A stretch of DNA of 64,000 nt from NCBI GenBank assembly GCA_030704615.1, contig CM060734.1, forward strand, positions 5,518,001 through 5,582,000. The letters run 5' to 3'. Below the pieces are notes generated by a model. That model saw only the letters and a program-made list of their open reading frames with translations, was not told where the DNA came from and made no database searches. The position numbers and the translations under genes were made by a program. Source of the DNA: Takakia lepidozioides (taxonomy: Eukaryota; Plantae; Bryophyta). The stretch's first letter is position 1. The number at the start of each line of letters is the position of its first letter. Shown piece after piece: positions 24,100-36,740 of this stretch.

Positions 24100-26061
24100 T
24101 AACATGACAACTCCAGGTGTCACCATGGCGCGCTCAATGGCTGGCCTAGCTGGCAGCTCCATCAACCTGGCAGCTGCAGCTTGCCATGGCGCCGCCGTGG
24201 CAGTCTTGACCCTCAAATCCGAGGATCCCTCCGGCACTACACCTCCCACTATCTCCGCAGAAGATGAAGTAACCTCCCCACTCTCACAGAGTGTAGCTGC
24301 CAGCCTGAACACCTCAGCTGGTCTTACCCCCGGCGTCGCAATCATGGTAGCCGAGAACAATGGAGCCTGGCACACAGATGTGGCCGCTCCTAGCAGCACA
24401 CTAGCTGCCGTAGCCTTGGCAACACTAGGTAGTGGTGCTACCCGTGTAGCTCTCCCCAATGGCATAGTAACCTCCGCCTCGGTAACAGTCGGGCGAGAAC
24501 TAGGTGCCATGGATGGCGTCGACACTGTCTCCGCCAATGTGAATGACTGAGGAAGCCTAGCCTGACGGCTTGCCTCCCCACGCTGTGGATCCAACTCCAC
24601 CTCTGCACCTCGTGGCTCAGGAACTCGTGCTGCTCCTCGAGTCACGGCTGCAGCAGACTCCACCTGCACTAGTGGTAGTGCTGCTCCACACATGAATCCC
24701 ATGCCTCCCATATCTCCTCCCTCAGGAGCAGGAGGTGGACCATCCGGCCTTAGAGCCGGTACCACCTGAGCTGTAGCCATGGCAGCGAGCCTCTGCTCTA
24801 GCTGCTAAAGCCGGTTGGCCATGCCTTGGTCAACACCCTGACCTCCGCGTCCTTGGCCACGTTGAGCTTGCCCTTGGCCTCGTGGCTGGCCACCTCGTCC
24901 TCTCTAGGCTGCTCCACCTCGCCCCCGGCCACCATTGTTCCCTTGGAACTGGCCTGGGCGCAACTCAGGATGCAAACCATAACACTGGGCCTCTCCATGC
25001 CCGTGCTTGCCACAATGCCCACACTGCAACTGTGCAGGCTGTGCATGTGCCGACCCTTTGCCTCCCTCTGGGCAATCCTTCTTGACATGGGGTCCTCCAC
25101 ATGTCCAGCACACCACATCCGCCCGTTGTTGGCCAGCAAATGAAGGGAGAGACCCCTGCATCTGAGGTCCTCTCTACCCTTCCCTGAGCTTCACCTGAGC
25201 CCCCTTGTTGCCTTGAGCACGTTGAGGTAGTGGTTGGCTAGGAGCACCACTACCCCGTGGTGTCTCCTTAGCAAATCCCACCATGACCACTCGTTCCTCC
25301 ACCATGTTGAGCTCTATCCGCTCTGCCAGCAAAAACACATTTGCTAAGGTGGGTTGGGCCGCTTGTAGGAGAGTTGCATCCTGCACCCTTCTCCTCAGCT
25401 CCTTGTCCAATATCCCATACTAGAATTGGACTGCCTGAGCTTCCGTAACCCCTTGGGGTTACATTTATCAAGCGCCTCATGCGAGTGAAAGCCTCCCTCA
25501 AGCTCTCGGTCGGCTTCCGTTGGAACTCTTGCAAGCTCCGCAACTTCTCTGTCCTCACCCCTTGGTAGTTCCCTCTCAACTCTTCGAAGAACTCCACAAC
25601 AGGGTTGAAGGCAGGCACGGGTGCTAGTGCTGGTGCGGTAGTGGCTTGGGTGGACGTCGTAGCTACTGTACCACCAGTCCCACTGCTCCTTGCTGAAGCT
25701 GCCGGTGCAGCGGCAGGTGTAGCCACTGCCCTCGTGGCTCTAGTGCCCCTAGTGATAGAGACATAGTCGGGTGACTAGTACATCCTCCACTCCTCGATCT
25801 CAACCTCATGCCCCCGCCTGAACTCATGTAATCATCCATAGGCGGCCCCTCAAGGTGCTGAAACAGCCCCTTCCATGCCATGAAAGGCGTAAATAGTTGT
25901 GGATTGCGCATTTGCTGCAAATCACACCAACTATCAAACTCTTGGATAAAATCATCCAACTCGATGGTGCCCACCGCCCCAGAGTACCTTCGTGGCCCCT
26001 TGGTAGCTCCATACATCTCCTCCATTGTGTCCCACAACAATGGCAAAGAAACAACTTGCAC
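24100..26061 (-). pseudogene. gag with two Zn knuckles
   Basis: LDDFIQEFDSWC, FQRKPTESLREAFTRM, CWTCGGPHVKKDC, CGHCGKHGHGEAQC; several frameshifts. Confidence 0.85.
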
Positions 26062-26967
26062 CGCCGTTATGAGTCATCCTGATTCACAATCCGAATCAGA
26101 ACCTTCCGTAGAAGATACAGGAGGTGAAGGTGGCCTAAACCGCACACCTCGTCTCGTGTACCCACTAGTATCGCTAGTGCTCGAACCAGCACTATCCCCA
26201 GCAACTAGTGGCACCTCCGTGTTGACACTCAACCGGTCATGAACATGTCCCTAACCCCCTCTCCACAAGGTAACCGGGTAGAGAACCTGTTGCGGCTTAT
26301 GGTTTGGAATACTAAGTTCCTAACATAGCCTACACCTGTACCTGCATCCACCGCAAGCACTCCTATGGTTGGCTGGTCATCACCTCCAACCTCACCACAG
26401 GAGAAACAATGATGGTCTGGCTGGTCATCACCCCAGCCTCACCATCGACAGCATGCTCCAGGACTGGCCGGTGATCAAATCCGGACCAATCACCTATAAA
26501 AACAAGCGCCCACACAAAACTAGCATGGCGCACAGTCAAGCATGCAGGTATGGAGGGGATCCAAACACAAGAAATCAGAGCGACAACTCCCCCACACCAA
26601 AAACAACTCCACGGTGTTGCTCCTGCAAGGACACCCCAGCCCAAACCCGGACTGACCCTTGCCTCCACCTACGGAAAGGTCTTGGCCTAATGAGAGGGTG
26701 GAAACTACGAGGAAGAAAAGCTAAAGCAATGCCTAACCCCAGCATGCCCTCATCCCAACACTCTTCCTCTGCTCTCTTCCCTCACTTGCATGACCATGGG
26801 AATATCATGAAGATACTCCTCAAACCGCCCTCCACGAGCTTCAAAATTCGGCCTTCCAGACCACATGCCAGTCCTTAGGCAGTCCACCAGTGCCTCCACG
26901 AGTCAGCACAGGCCGTCCACAGGTCAACACGGGCCACCACAGACCAGCACATGCCCACACAGCTCAC

Positions 26968-27985
26968 TGGTCACAGCCGTCACAGCCCCAAAGGCCTCAG
27001 GCACGGCCTGTCACAGCCCCTCACAACCCGTCACAGCCCCAAAGGCCTCAGGCACGGCCTGTCACAGCCCCTCACAGCCCGTCACAGCCCCAAAGGCCTC
27101 AGGCACGGCCTGTCATAGCCCCTCACAGCCTGTCACAGCCTCAAAGGCCTCAGGCACGGCCTATCACAGCCCCTCACAGCCCATCACAACCCCAAAGGCC
27201 ATGGGCACAGCCTGTCATAGCCCCTCACAGCCCGTCACAGCCTCAAAGGCCTCAGGCACGGCCTGTCACAGCCCCTCACAGCCCCACAGGGCACAGGGCA
27301 CAGCCTGTCACAGCTCGCCACAGCCTGTCACAGCCCCTCATAGCCCGTCACAGCTTGCCACAGCCTGTCAGAGCCCCAAAGGCCTCAGGCACGGCCTGTC
27401 ACAGCCCGTCACAGCCCGTCACAGCCTCTCAGGCACGGCCTATCATAGCCCCTCACAGCCCATCACAGCCCCAAAGGCCATGGGCACAGCCTGTCATAGC
27501 CCGTCACAGCCTCAAAGGCCTCAGGCACGGCCTGTCACAGCCCCTCACAGCCCCTCACAGCTCGCCACAGCCTGACACAGCCCGTCACAGCCCCACAGGG
27601 CACAGGGCACAGCTTGTCACAGCTCGCCACAGCCCGTCACAGCCCCTCATAGCCCGTCATAGCTTGCCACAGCCTGTCACAGCCCGTCACAGCCCCAGAG
27701 GCCACAGGGCACAGCCTGTCACAGCCCCTCACAGCCCCTCACAGCTCGCCACAGCCTGACACAGCCCCACAGGCCACAGGGCACAGCCTGTCACAGCCCC
27801 GCACAGCCCGTCACAGCCCCACAGGCCACTTGGCACAGCCTGTCACAGCCCCTCACAGCCCGTCACAGCTCGCCACAGCCTGACACATCCCGTCAGAGCC
27901 CCACAGGGCACAGGGCACAGCCTGTCACAGCCCCTCATAGCCCGTCACAGCTTGCCACAGCCTGTCACAGCCCGTCACAGCCCCA
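26968..27985. repeat. ~1-kb TCACAGCC/GTCACAGC minisatellite in the element's 5' leader
   Basis: ~51-bp higher-order units such as GTCACAGCCCCAAAGGCCTCAGGCACGGCCTGTCACAGCCCCTCACAGCCC. Confidence 0.9.
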
Positions 27986-28595
27986 CCCATGGCCGCTCTG
28001 GCAGTTTAGCCATTTCTCCAAGGGGTTTAGCCACGCCAAGCTAGGGTTTGTGTCTCTTAGACTCTAGGCTTCTTTCCACTGAGCTATGGTGGCTGTGAGG
28101 AAATCAGCAAGGTATCCTTGCTCTTTCGGCTCCCACACACCACCATAGTAGCCCTAAGCCATGAGGTGGTTGCCACAAACCAAGCCTTCTTTCTCACTTA
28201 GCCTCCCCAAACACGCCACTAAACTCAATGGCAAACAACCAAGCCCTGCTGGTTCCCAGCCCTTGTGAGCACTCATTCAAGCACTCTCATTGGCCATAGC
28301 ATCTGTCTTAGAGCCTATTTCAGCCCTCTACACCTGTTGCTTCAAGAGTTGCGCTCCCTTCAAGCTTGAAGTTGAAACCCCAACTCACATAGGCCCTACA
28401 AGTGCTTTTCTTTCACTCCAAGTGGAAACCAGCCCTAGACCTTCCGTTCTAGCTCTCTAAGGCTTGAAAACAAGAGCCTCAATGGGCTGAAGGCATGCTC
28501 CACACATGCCCCACTCTCACCATAAGAGAATCAGCTCCTTTGCTTCATTTCTTGCACCCGCATGAGCTTGTGCTTGTATTCTTCTTCTTTATCAT

Positions 28596-28785
28596 TGTGT
28601 GGACTAGTGACTGCCATAGTGGGCAGCATAGTGGCAGCCTAGTGACTGACTAGTTGTAGCCTAGTGGTTGGACTAGTGGTTGGACTAGTGGCTGGACTAG
28701 TGGTATACTAGTGTGTGGTGTGCACATGTGTTGTGTGGTTTTTGGACAGCGATGTAGTTGTGTAGCGATATGTATGCGCACGACA
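28596..28785 (+). repeat. 5' terminal repeat, inverted relative to the 3' repeat
   Basis: Plus strand TGTGTGGACTAGTG...ATGCGCACGACA is the same sequence the 3' repeat carries on the minus strand. Confidence 0.92.
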
Positions 28786-31285
28786 AGTGCCGCGGTGCGC
28801 TTGGCTCCGCCGTGGCCCGCAAGCGGGCTATCATGACATTCTCTCAAGAGACTATCTCTGATCCCTCCCTTCGGCACGTAGAGACGTTTTTGCTTATACC
28901 GGAGCAGTCCATTTTGCAAGTGGAACTGCGATTTAACCCCCATCCTCAAGTCCTGCATCACGGACTTCGTCAGCTCATCCTTCCGGCAAGCCTTTCGGAT
29001 CTTCCTTTGGAGCGCCGTCTCGCCCTTGTACACCAACAAGAGCTGCTGCTTTCTACTTAAAGCATCGGCCACCACGTTGTCTCGTCCCGGTTTGTACTGG
29101 ATATCCACGTCGAACACCGCCAAAGTATCTTGCCACCTAAGTTGTTTTGGGGACAACTTGGGCTGCGTGGCAAAATACTTCACCGTGACATTGTCCATGA
29201 ACACCTTCACTGGGTTGGAACCAACATAGTGGCGCCAAAGCTCGAGGCAATGCACCACCGCCTTCATCTCTTTTTCGTGCGTCGGCCACCGTCGCTCCAC
29301 TTCATTCAGTTTCTTACTTTCGTAAGCCACTGGACGTCCATCTTGCATAAGTACACCCCCAATCGCGAAGTCCGATTCATCTGTATGAATCTCAAATGGA
29401 CGATCGAACTCCGGGATTTTCAAGACTGGAGCTTCCGCCATCCGCTGCTTCAATTCAGCAAAAGTTTGGCCACAAAATGTATTCCATTCCCAAACTTTGG
29501 ATTTACACAGAAGGTCCGACAACGGCCCCGCGATCTTGACAAAATTTCTCACATACTTCCGGTAATAGGAGGCGAGTCCTAGGAAGGATCGCACTCCCGG
29601 GACCGAAGTCGGAGGCTCCCAGTCCAAGATCGCCCTCACCTTTCTGTTATCCATTTTGATCCCATCTTGTGTAATCACATGCCCCAGGAACTCCACTTTT
29701 GTGACCCCGAATTCGCATTTTGAAGCTTTGGCATACAGCTTCCCTTCTCGCAAGTTTTGGAACACCCTTTTTAGGTGCTCCAGGTGTTCTTCCTTTGTTT
29801 TCGAGTACACCAAGATGTCGTCGATGTACACGATCACAAAGTCATCCAACCACTCCTGGAAAAGGCTGTTCATCAGCGTGCTAAATGTCGCTGGTGCATT
29901 GGTGAGCCCAAAAGGCATCACCAAGAACTCATATGAACTATACCTTGTCATGCACGCGGTCTTCTCCTCATCTCCTTCCGCCACCCGAATTTGATGATAG
30001 CCGGAGCGCAAGTCGATCCGGCTGAAATACTTCGCTCCTGCCAACCGATCGAAGAGGTCGTCGATCTTTGGCAAAGGGTACCGGTTTTTTATAGTCACCT
30101 TATTCAGAGCCCTGTAATCGACACACATCCACAGCGTCCCATCCTTCTTGTCTGCAAATAGCACCGGGGCTCCGTAAGGTGACTTACTCGGCCGGATATA
30201 CCCCTTTGACATTAGATCCTTGAGATGAGTTTTCAGCTCGACCAACTCTCTGTGGCTCAACCGGTAGGGCGCCTTGGCAGGCGGTTCCGATCCCGGTATC
30301 ACCTCAATCTTGTGGTCAACTCCTCTTCGCGGTGGCAAGCCGCTTGGTAAATCCTCCGGCATCACATCCTGGTATTTCTCCAAAATCCCCTTGATCCAAT
30401 CTGGGCTCGGCTCCCCATCGCCTTCTCCTTTCACTTCTCTAATGTAAAGCAAAAATTGGGGCTCGTGTGCCTCCTCCACGGCCCACTCCTTTGCTGACAG
30501 AAGGTTTATTCGCCCTCCCACGGATTTGGGCGTTTCCGACACTCGTAAACCTCGCCACCATTCCCACATGGCAGCGTGACTACTCTCTTGCGGCCATCTA
30601 TGACCGCTCCGGATTTGCTCAAAAAGGTCATCCCCAAAATGAGATCCACTCCATCGATCTCGCAGATGGTGAAGTTCTCACGTCCCTCCCAACTCCCCAG
30701 TTGAAGAGGAACATCAAATGCCAACCTTGTCGCCAACTGTGGTTCTCCTTTGGCAGAACGCACCTCAATAGAGGCCCCCACGTCACTTGTCGGGAGTCCC
30801 AACTTTCGCGCCGCCGCCGGCGTCATGAAGGAGTGCGACGCTCTTGTGTTCACCAACAATGACACGTTAGTTCCGGATATTATCCCATCCACGAACAATA
30901 ACTGACTCCCTTTACGCAGGGCGCCAGTTTCCTGATACAACTCACAAGAATAGTTGCCTACCTTGCAAGTCCTGGCGACCACCGCTTCCACCAAGCGACT
31001 GATGGTATCTTCCGACAGCTCCGTGGTTGCCCGAGTCATGTTCAATTGTCGAGGTTTTGTGCACTTCTTGGCCATGTGCCCGGGCTCCCCGTAATTGAAA
31101 CACACTCCATCAAAGGTCGCCTTCTGTCCGCCATAAGCCGCTCCACCCGCTTTTCCTTTCGAAGCACCGGGTGCCGCCTTGACGTGTGAATGCCCTCCCT
31201 TCGATTTCCACGTGCCATTGTCGCCGCGTGGCCTATCCCACTTCTTTTCCGGTCGGAAGGAGTGCAAACGTGTGACGGACCGCAA
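28786..31285 (-). mobile_element. Second Gypsy (chromovirus-like) gag-pol, integrase cut off by the DNMT element
   Basis: Zn knuckle CFNYGEPGHMAKKC, mutated protease LVNTRASH, RT YIDD, RNase H (DES/EKE/DN/ADALSR), integrase start [11 protein letters not shown] ending at 28786. Confidence 0.9.
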
Positions 31286-33567
31286 GTGCGGCCCTTACTC
31301 TACGTAAATGTTCCTTCAAAAAAATCCCGCCATAGCCGCCCAGATTTCTTTTAGGCTTCTTCCACCCGCTGCGGCATCTTCTTTGCTTCCCGCTCCTTTA
31401 GTTCGTCTGATCTCGGAAAGATGCTGGAAAGATGCTAGAAAGACGTGGAAATGGGGGAATAGTGGCAGGAGTGACCTTATGGGATGGAACATCACTCCGC
31501 AAATTTCGGTTACGTTCCATGCCCGTCAAGGTGGGAACACATCTCACGAGTCAGGAGATTGCAATGCTGGAGGAAGCAGATTTTTCCCTTGCGAGCATAA
31601 TTCAACTTCTCCCCCGGGGCGTTAGGGTTCACAAGTATAAGCCAACCAAAAATACAAAGGATTTTATTCAAGCAACGTTTAGGAAATGATACTTTACAAC
31701 GATCGCGGGAAGGTAAGATAGTTTATGGGACAACGAAAAGCAAAAAAAACAAGGGAAGTGGGTCGCCCAACAGTCAGCTACCACAACCAGAAGATTACAA
31801 ATCTAAGGTGAAGATTCAGCTAGAAACCACAAGGCATCAAAGATTGGGTGTCTCTAAATAATAGGCGGAAGTAGCAGCCCAGCAGTTTCCTAGTCACCAG
31901 AAAGTCAAGTGATGCTGAGTCTCAATCTCCAGCCTTTCTCTGAGCAGCTCCATCCACCCCTGTAGAGGAACATGCCAATTCTTCTTTGAATTAGGAACAT
32001 CTCTCATCCATTCTTGCCGTGTATTTTCATCTATCCTCTACGAACTGCTGCATGGTAATACCTGACACTCTGTCTGGAGAGGATAGATGCTATTTCACGT
32101 ACAGCAGTGCGATCCTTGCTACGCGTCGGACGTGTACTGTGTGGCAATACTGCTATGTACATGTGTGGTCCCACAGGAAAAAGCAAGGCCAACAAACCAC
32201 ACCTCCTGTGCCTTGAGCTGGAAGGTCGAATTGGGTTTGTCATGCGGCAACATTCTGTATGGACGTGTTTAGACTGTGAATCGGATTCACAGCATATTTG
32301 ATGATGAGCAAAGCAGCAGCATCAAAACAACTGGGATAATCCGCTCTGAAAAGTCTGGCACTGGAAGTCCAGCGTGCTGTTTTGGGGGTCACAGCAAACT
32401 TGGAGCTTACATCCAAACAAAAAGACAGATGGATCTTGCAACTGTAGCCTGAAGTGTTGATGTTCTCGGTAAGCTCAACCCGCATCCACATTTTGGGGGT
32501 TGCCGGCCCACCAGACTATTCTCCTTGTGAAAAAAATGAGTTTCAACATCATCCCTTGCATGGTAATTTTTCTCCTGAAGGCCATGGCCCCATGTACCAA
32601 GTACAGGGTGTGGTATGCTCATAGAAGGGAAGAGAAGCCCCAAAACTGCAGCAGGACCACCTGCCTGGGAGGTAACACAACCTGGGGGCACTATACGTGT
32701 GGGCTTGGACCACTGCACTGACGAAACCCATCAGTTGGTGGAATTGCACTTCAGTCTTTGTTGACCGCTTCACTATGATCTGCTGGGATGTTGCGCTCGA
32801 TCACAGAAGATTCTAAAAAGTTTAATTAGTCGAGAATAGTAAGCTCTAGGTTTAACAAAATTGCGCTGGGTGTGAGTGGCCGTTACTAAGTGCTCTACCT
32901 CCTAATAGGAAGCAGCAGCTGTTCCCAAAGGGGGGATCAGTTATCTAGAGCATGACTTCTTCATCATCTCCTAAAGTACTTTGCTAGGATGTGGAGATCC
33001 AAAGCTCGCAAGACCCTGGTTATGTTTGGCCAGCAATGTCCATGGAATGTATGAAGAGTGGGCATGCATCGCCAGCCGTATGCCATGCTGAGAGAGACAG
33101 AAAAGTCTGGGCCCACAAGAGCAACGGAGGGATAAGAGATGTTTGTCGGCATGCTGGTTCTTGGTGTTTTCCAGCCCCGTGGCATGAATTACATGGATAC
33201 CTCCTCCTGTTTTGTCTGATGAGCTTGGACCAACCTCTGCTGCCTCACAACTACCAGCGTCACCCCTACTGTCCTCCTCCCCCCCCCCCGCCTGCAGCTC
33301 TCTCTTCTCCGAGCCGCTTCAGAATACCGGCCAACCGCCCCCGGCAGCTGCTGGTGATGCTACTGTACCAGTTGTTGCATGCTGTTGCCACAAGTTCTTT
33401 CCTCCCTCAGGACAACACCCACCGGCCTGCAACACCACGATCATTGAGAAGAATGCTGGTGAATTGTACAACCAGAACGCAAAATTCAAGCGAAATTCGA
33501 GGTTCCTAGAACGCAGGTTTAGGAGACCCTGGCTTGAGGGATCAAGTGCAGCTCGCACATCAGATCA

Positions 33568-34236
33568 ATGAAACCTGCCCTACGTGGGCAGGCTGTGATT
33601 GCAGCAGAGAGGAACACGAGGCATTTACAGTATGTGCCTTCACCGTCGGATCCAGTTTCTTTTGGTGGGCCATCGTCAATGTTCAGCCCCAACCTGGTGG
33701 TGGTGATGGCAGTGCTTCTGGTGGCATTGTTCCTGGCAGCATTCATAAACACGGTGGCGCGGTGCCTGATGCGGCGCCAAGCCCGTGCCTCAGAATCGGA
33801 GGGAGCGCCTCAGCGTGACAAGGGCCTGAAAACATGCGAAATCGAGTCTCTTCCTGTGGTAGCCTACGGCGAATCTTCCATGCTGCATTTGGAGGGTGCC
33901 AACATTAACGAGTGTGTCATTTGCTTGGGTGAGTTTGTAAAGAATGACAAGATGCGACTGCTCCCAGTTTGCAGCCATGGCTTCCACCTGAGCTGCATCG
34001 ACCTGTGGCTGTCCACCCATTCCTCCTGCCCTGTGTGTAGACACAGAGTCCTTGATTTTGGCGATCTGTCCGGTTCGCAAGATGGTCCACCGGATGTGCA
34101 CCATGATATTCAGCCCGACAGATTAGTCAGCCGGCCAATAGATAGTGAGAGGTCCGATCAGCATATTACGATCGAAATGCAACCTAGGCAGGAGGCGATG
34201 GAATATACAGCTGCAGCCGGCACCAGCCGATTGTGA
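33568..34236 (+). CDS. ATL-family RING-H2 E3 ubiquitin ligase
   Basis: N-terminal TM (LVVVMAVLLVALFLAAFI), GLD-like KGLKTCEIESLP, and RING-H2 CVICLGEF...LPVCSHGFHLSCIDLWLSTHSSCPVC; intronless and intact. The start could be the Met at 33679. Confidence 0.92.
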   Translation: MKPALRGQAVIAAERNTRHLQYVPSPSDPVSFGGPSSMFSPNLVVVMAVLLVALFLAAFINTVARCLMRRQARASESEGAPQRDKGLKTCEIESLPVVAYGESSMLHLEGANINECVICLGEFVKNDKMRLLPVCSHGFHLSCIDLWLSTHSSCPVCRHRVLDFGDLSGSQDGPPDVHHDIQPDRLVSRPIDSERSDQHITIEMQPRQEAMEYTAAAGTSRL

Positions 34237-36037
34237 GAAAGACGTGTGTACTTCTAATGAGTTCGGCGTTTTCATATCTGAAGTGCTTAGTAGCAGGTAT
34301 CATCTCTGGAGCTGGGGCAATACGCTGGACGCCAAGGTATCAAGGGCCTGCTACCTGATCAGCGACTTGAGTCGAAATTAGAAACAGGACCTGGAAGCGT
34401 TGGCCCGAGCTATATATACAATCCATCTTGAGTACAGACCGAGAGCGCAGTGCAGAAAACCAGGCCGGGCCCTACCAACCGAGGAGAAGCTTGCAGAAGT
34501 TGGTGTGCACACAATTTTACAATCTGTCCAGACTGAATGCCAGCAGGATCCCTGCAAGGAAGTGTTCCAGCATAAGCAGCAGCTACCACAAACCTAGAAT
34601 TAGAGTGTTATCAACTGTGTATTCGCTTCCAAAGACAGGATCCACGTGACATTGAACTCCTGTTGAGATTGCGTTGTGTGTATTTTGTTAAGCTCCGAAA
34701 ACTCTTGATCAAATGGTCCAGGTGATCAATTGATAATTTAATAGCTTTATATTTGAGCTGGGAATTGTTCATGCATTTTCTGTTAGTGAAGAGTACTGTA
34801 GACTTGAGCAAGCTCGGAAACAGAGTGAGATCAATTTGCAGTGATAAGTCTTTCGGGATCTTCAGGATCTTACCTAATTAATTCTTACTTCACTGCCTGC
34901 TGCTCATGTATGGTGGCATGAGGGAAGGAGATCCCTGACGACACCACTGTGGAGTGGGTATTGAATTTTTATTTACCCTCAGGGTAAGGGTAACCTGAAT
35001 TTTTAGAAAAGAATTACCCCCCGGGTTAGGGTATTATTATTTTTCAAACATTAAGGGTCAGTTCCGGGTAATGCAATACCCGCCGAGTGAATAGAGGCTT
35101 AGGTAGGATAAGGGTCGGGTAAATGGCAATTTATGTATGGATTTTCGGCAACATAACCAATATAAACTAATCAGATATTAACCACAAGAAAACAAATTTC
35201 AAAATATAACTTGCGCATAATATATCAATGCTTAAAAACCAAGTTTCTATCGCAAAAATGTGGGGGGCTGGGGACTTAGCCGTGTTGCAAGTCATCCCTC
35301 ACTGCTGATGAATGCGCCTCCCTTCCTGTTTTCTTTCTCTCTTCTCCTTGGATGTGATCATCCTCGTTTTCTTCCTCTCTGTTAATTCTCTGTGAAGCAG
35401 AACTTCTTCAAAGCTCTTGTCTCTACCTCTTCACTTCGCAAACATCGAATATCTGGTTTTCACGAGCTGTGGACAGGCGGTGCTTCCACCTTCACACCGG
35501 CTGCCACTCCCCCCCTCTACAGCTGCAAGACGAGCCGTTCCTTTCATTTATGCTCCAATACGATTTCCTTGGCGTGCGCGTCTTTATTTGAGGCACAAGC
35601 CCTTCTTATAATCTCTCTCTTCTCTCTCCATGAATGAGGTCATCCTTGCATCCCCCCCTCTCTGTTGGATTTCTATGAAGAAGAGTTCTTTCATGAAGAC
35701 TTTTGTCTCTATCTCTTCACTGCGCAAGTATCGAAGAACGTGTTCTAATGTGTTGTGAACTGGCTGTATTACTCCCTTCAAATCCGCTGGCTCACCTTCT
35801 CCTACAGATGTTGGAAGAGATTCTCCTCTGTTTTCAACTTCAATGCACATGCTTCGAAGTGTGCTCGCATTTCTTAGACAAATATGTGTTTTCTATATCC
35901 CCTCTCTTTCCCGTCTCCATCTCATGAGGTGTGGTGCAACGCCTCACGCCTTCTTCAACTTCTTCGCCTGATTGTGCTTCTTTTGTCTGCTACTGCCTTT
36001 GTTTAAGTTAGTGTGCTTCTCCCTGCTTCTTCTCCTC

Positions 36038-36740
36038 ATGGCTCCATTAGCCAATGCTTCTTCTGGTGGTCCGCCGTCTTATCGGGCAAACAAGCCTTAT
36101 GGGGATTGTAGAAGAGGTGGAAATAACCTCAGGCGTAGTGGTCCTGGGTTACTGGCTTTGGCCCCAGTCTTTGGAAGTTGGATATGGGTGTTATCAAGGA
36201 TCATTCTAAAATCTTGTTAGAACAAGGCATTCTCTTGCATTTTCCTGGCAGGGTGAGGGGTAGGCATTGGGCCCACATGTGGACTTTAGAGCATGTGGGA
36301 GCAGATGGGGGGCTTACCTCCCACTTCTGTCATCCCCTGGGAAGAGGTTCTTCTCAATAGTCTTCAATTATGCTGACTATGCAGCTGAAGCTCTCAAATT
36401 CAATGTTAGGAAATCCAGATATAGGGTTCATATATTCCCTTGGTCGGCGGAAGGGGGTCACAAGCTGGGTGTAACTTACAAATCTAGAGTGATTGTTCTT
36501 CCTTACCTCCCAGGCAAATATCTTCACTCTCTTCCTGAGATTGGAGCCCACTTTGGAGCTTACATAGGCTCTATGAACGTCACCGATCTTGAAGAGGCTG
36601 ATTTGCTTGGCATTGATTCTGAAGGATTGTTTGACCACACCTCTTTCATCACTGTTGCTATCATTGAAGAATGTTTGAGCATCCTATGTCATCTGTGTCA
36701 CTTAGAGGGTCACATCAAGGAAAAGCCTAATCAGTTGTGA
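36038..36740 (+). mobile_element. Degenerate L1-type LINE ORF1
   Basis: GKRFFSIVF...HIFPWS...LPYLPGKY...EIGAHFG (DUF4283-like) plus the knuckle CHLCHLEGH. Confidence 0.55.

Larger units (their letters stand above)
18487..28785 (-). mobile_element. Ty3/Gypsy-type retroelement encoding a C5 DNA methyltransferase and a PHD finger, bounded by inverted 190-bp terminal repeats
   Basis: Colinear gag-PR-DNMT-RT-RH-INT-PHD on the minus strand; TG...CA termini; PPT before the 3' repeat; several stops and frameshifts. Confidence 0.92.

Noticed and set aside
26865-27759. 236-aa and 289-aa repetitive plus-strand ORFs
   Set aside because: Stop-free by-products of the minisatellite, antisense to the element.
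28650-28785. C-terminus of the 639-aa ORF (…[15 protein letters not shown])
   Set aside because: Read-through into the inserted terminal repeat, not integrase sequence.
18487-28785. DIRS or Ginger classification because of the inverted ends
   Set aside because: It has a DDE integrase and protease and no tyrosine recombinase (not DIRS), and it has gag, RT and RNase H (not Ginger).
31300-33560. Several overlapping short ORFs upstream of the ATL gene
   Set aside because: No recognisable domain or consistent exon structure; cannot be supported.
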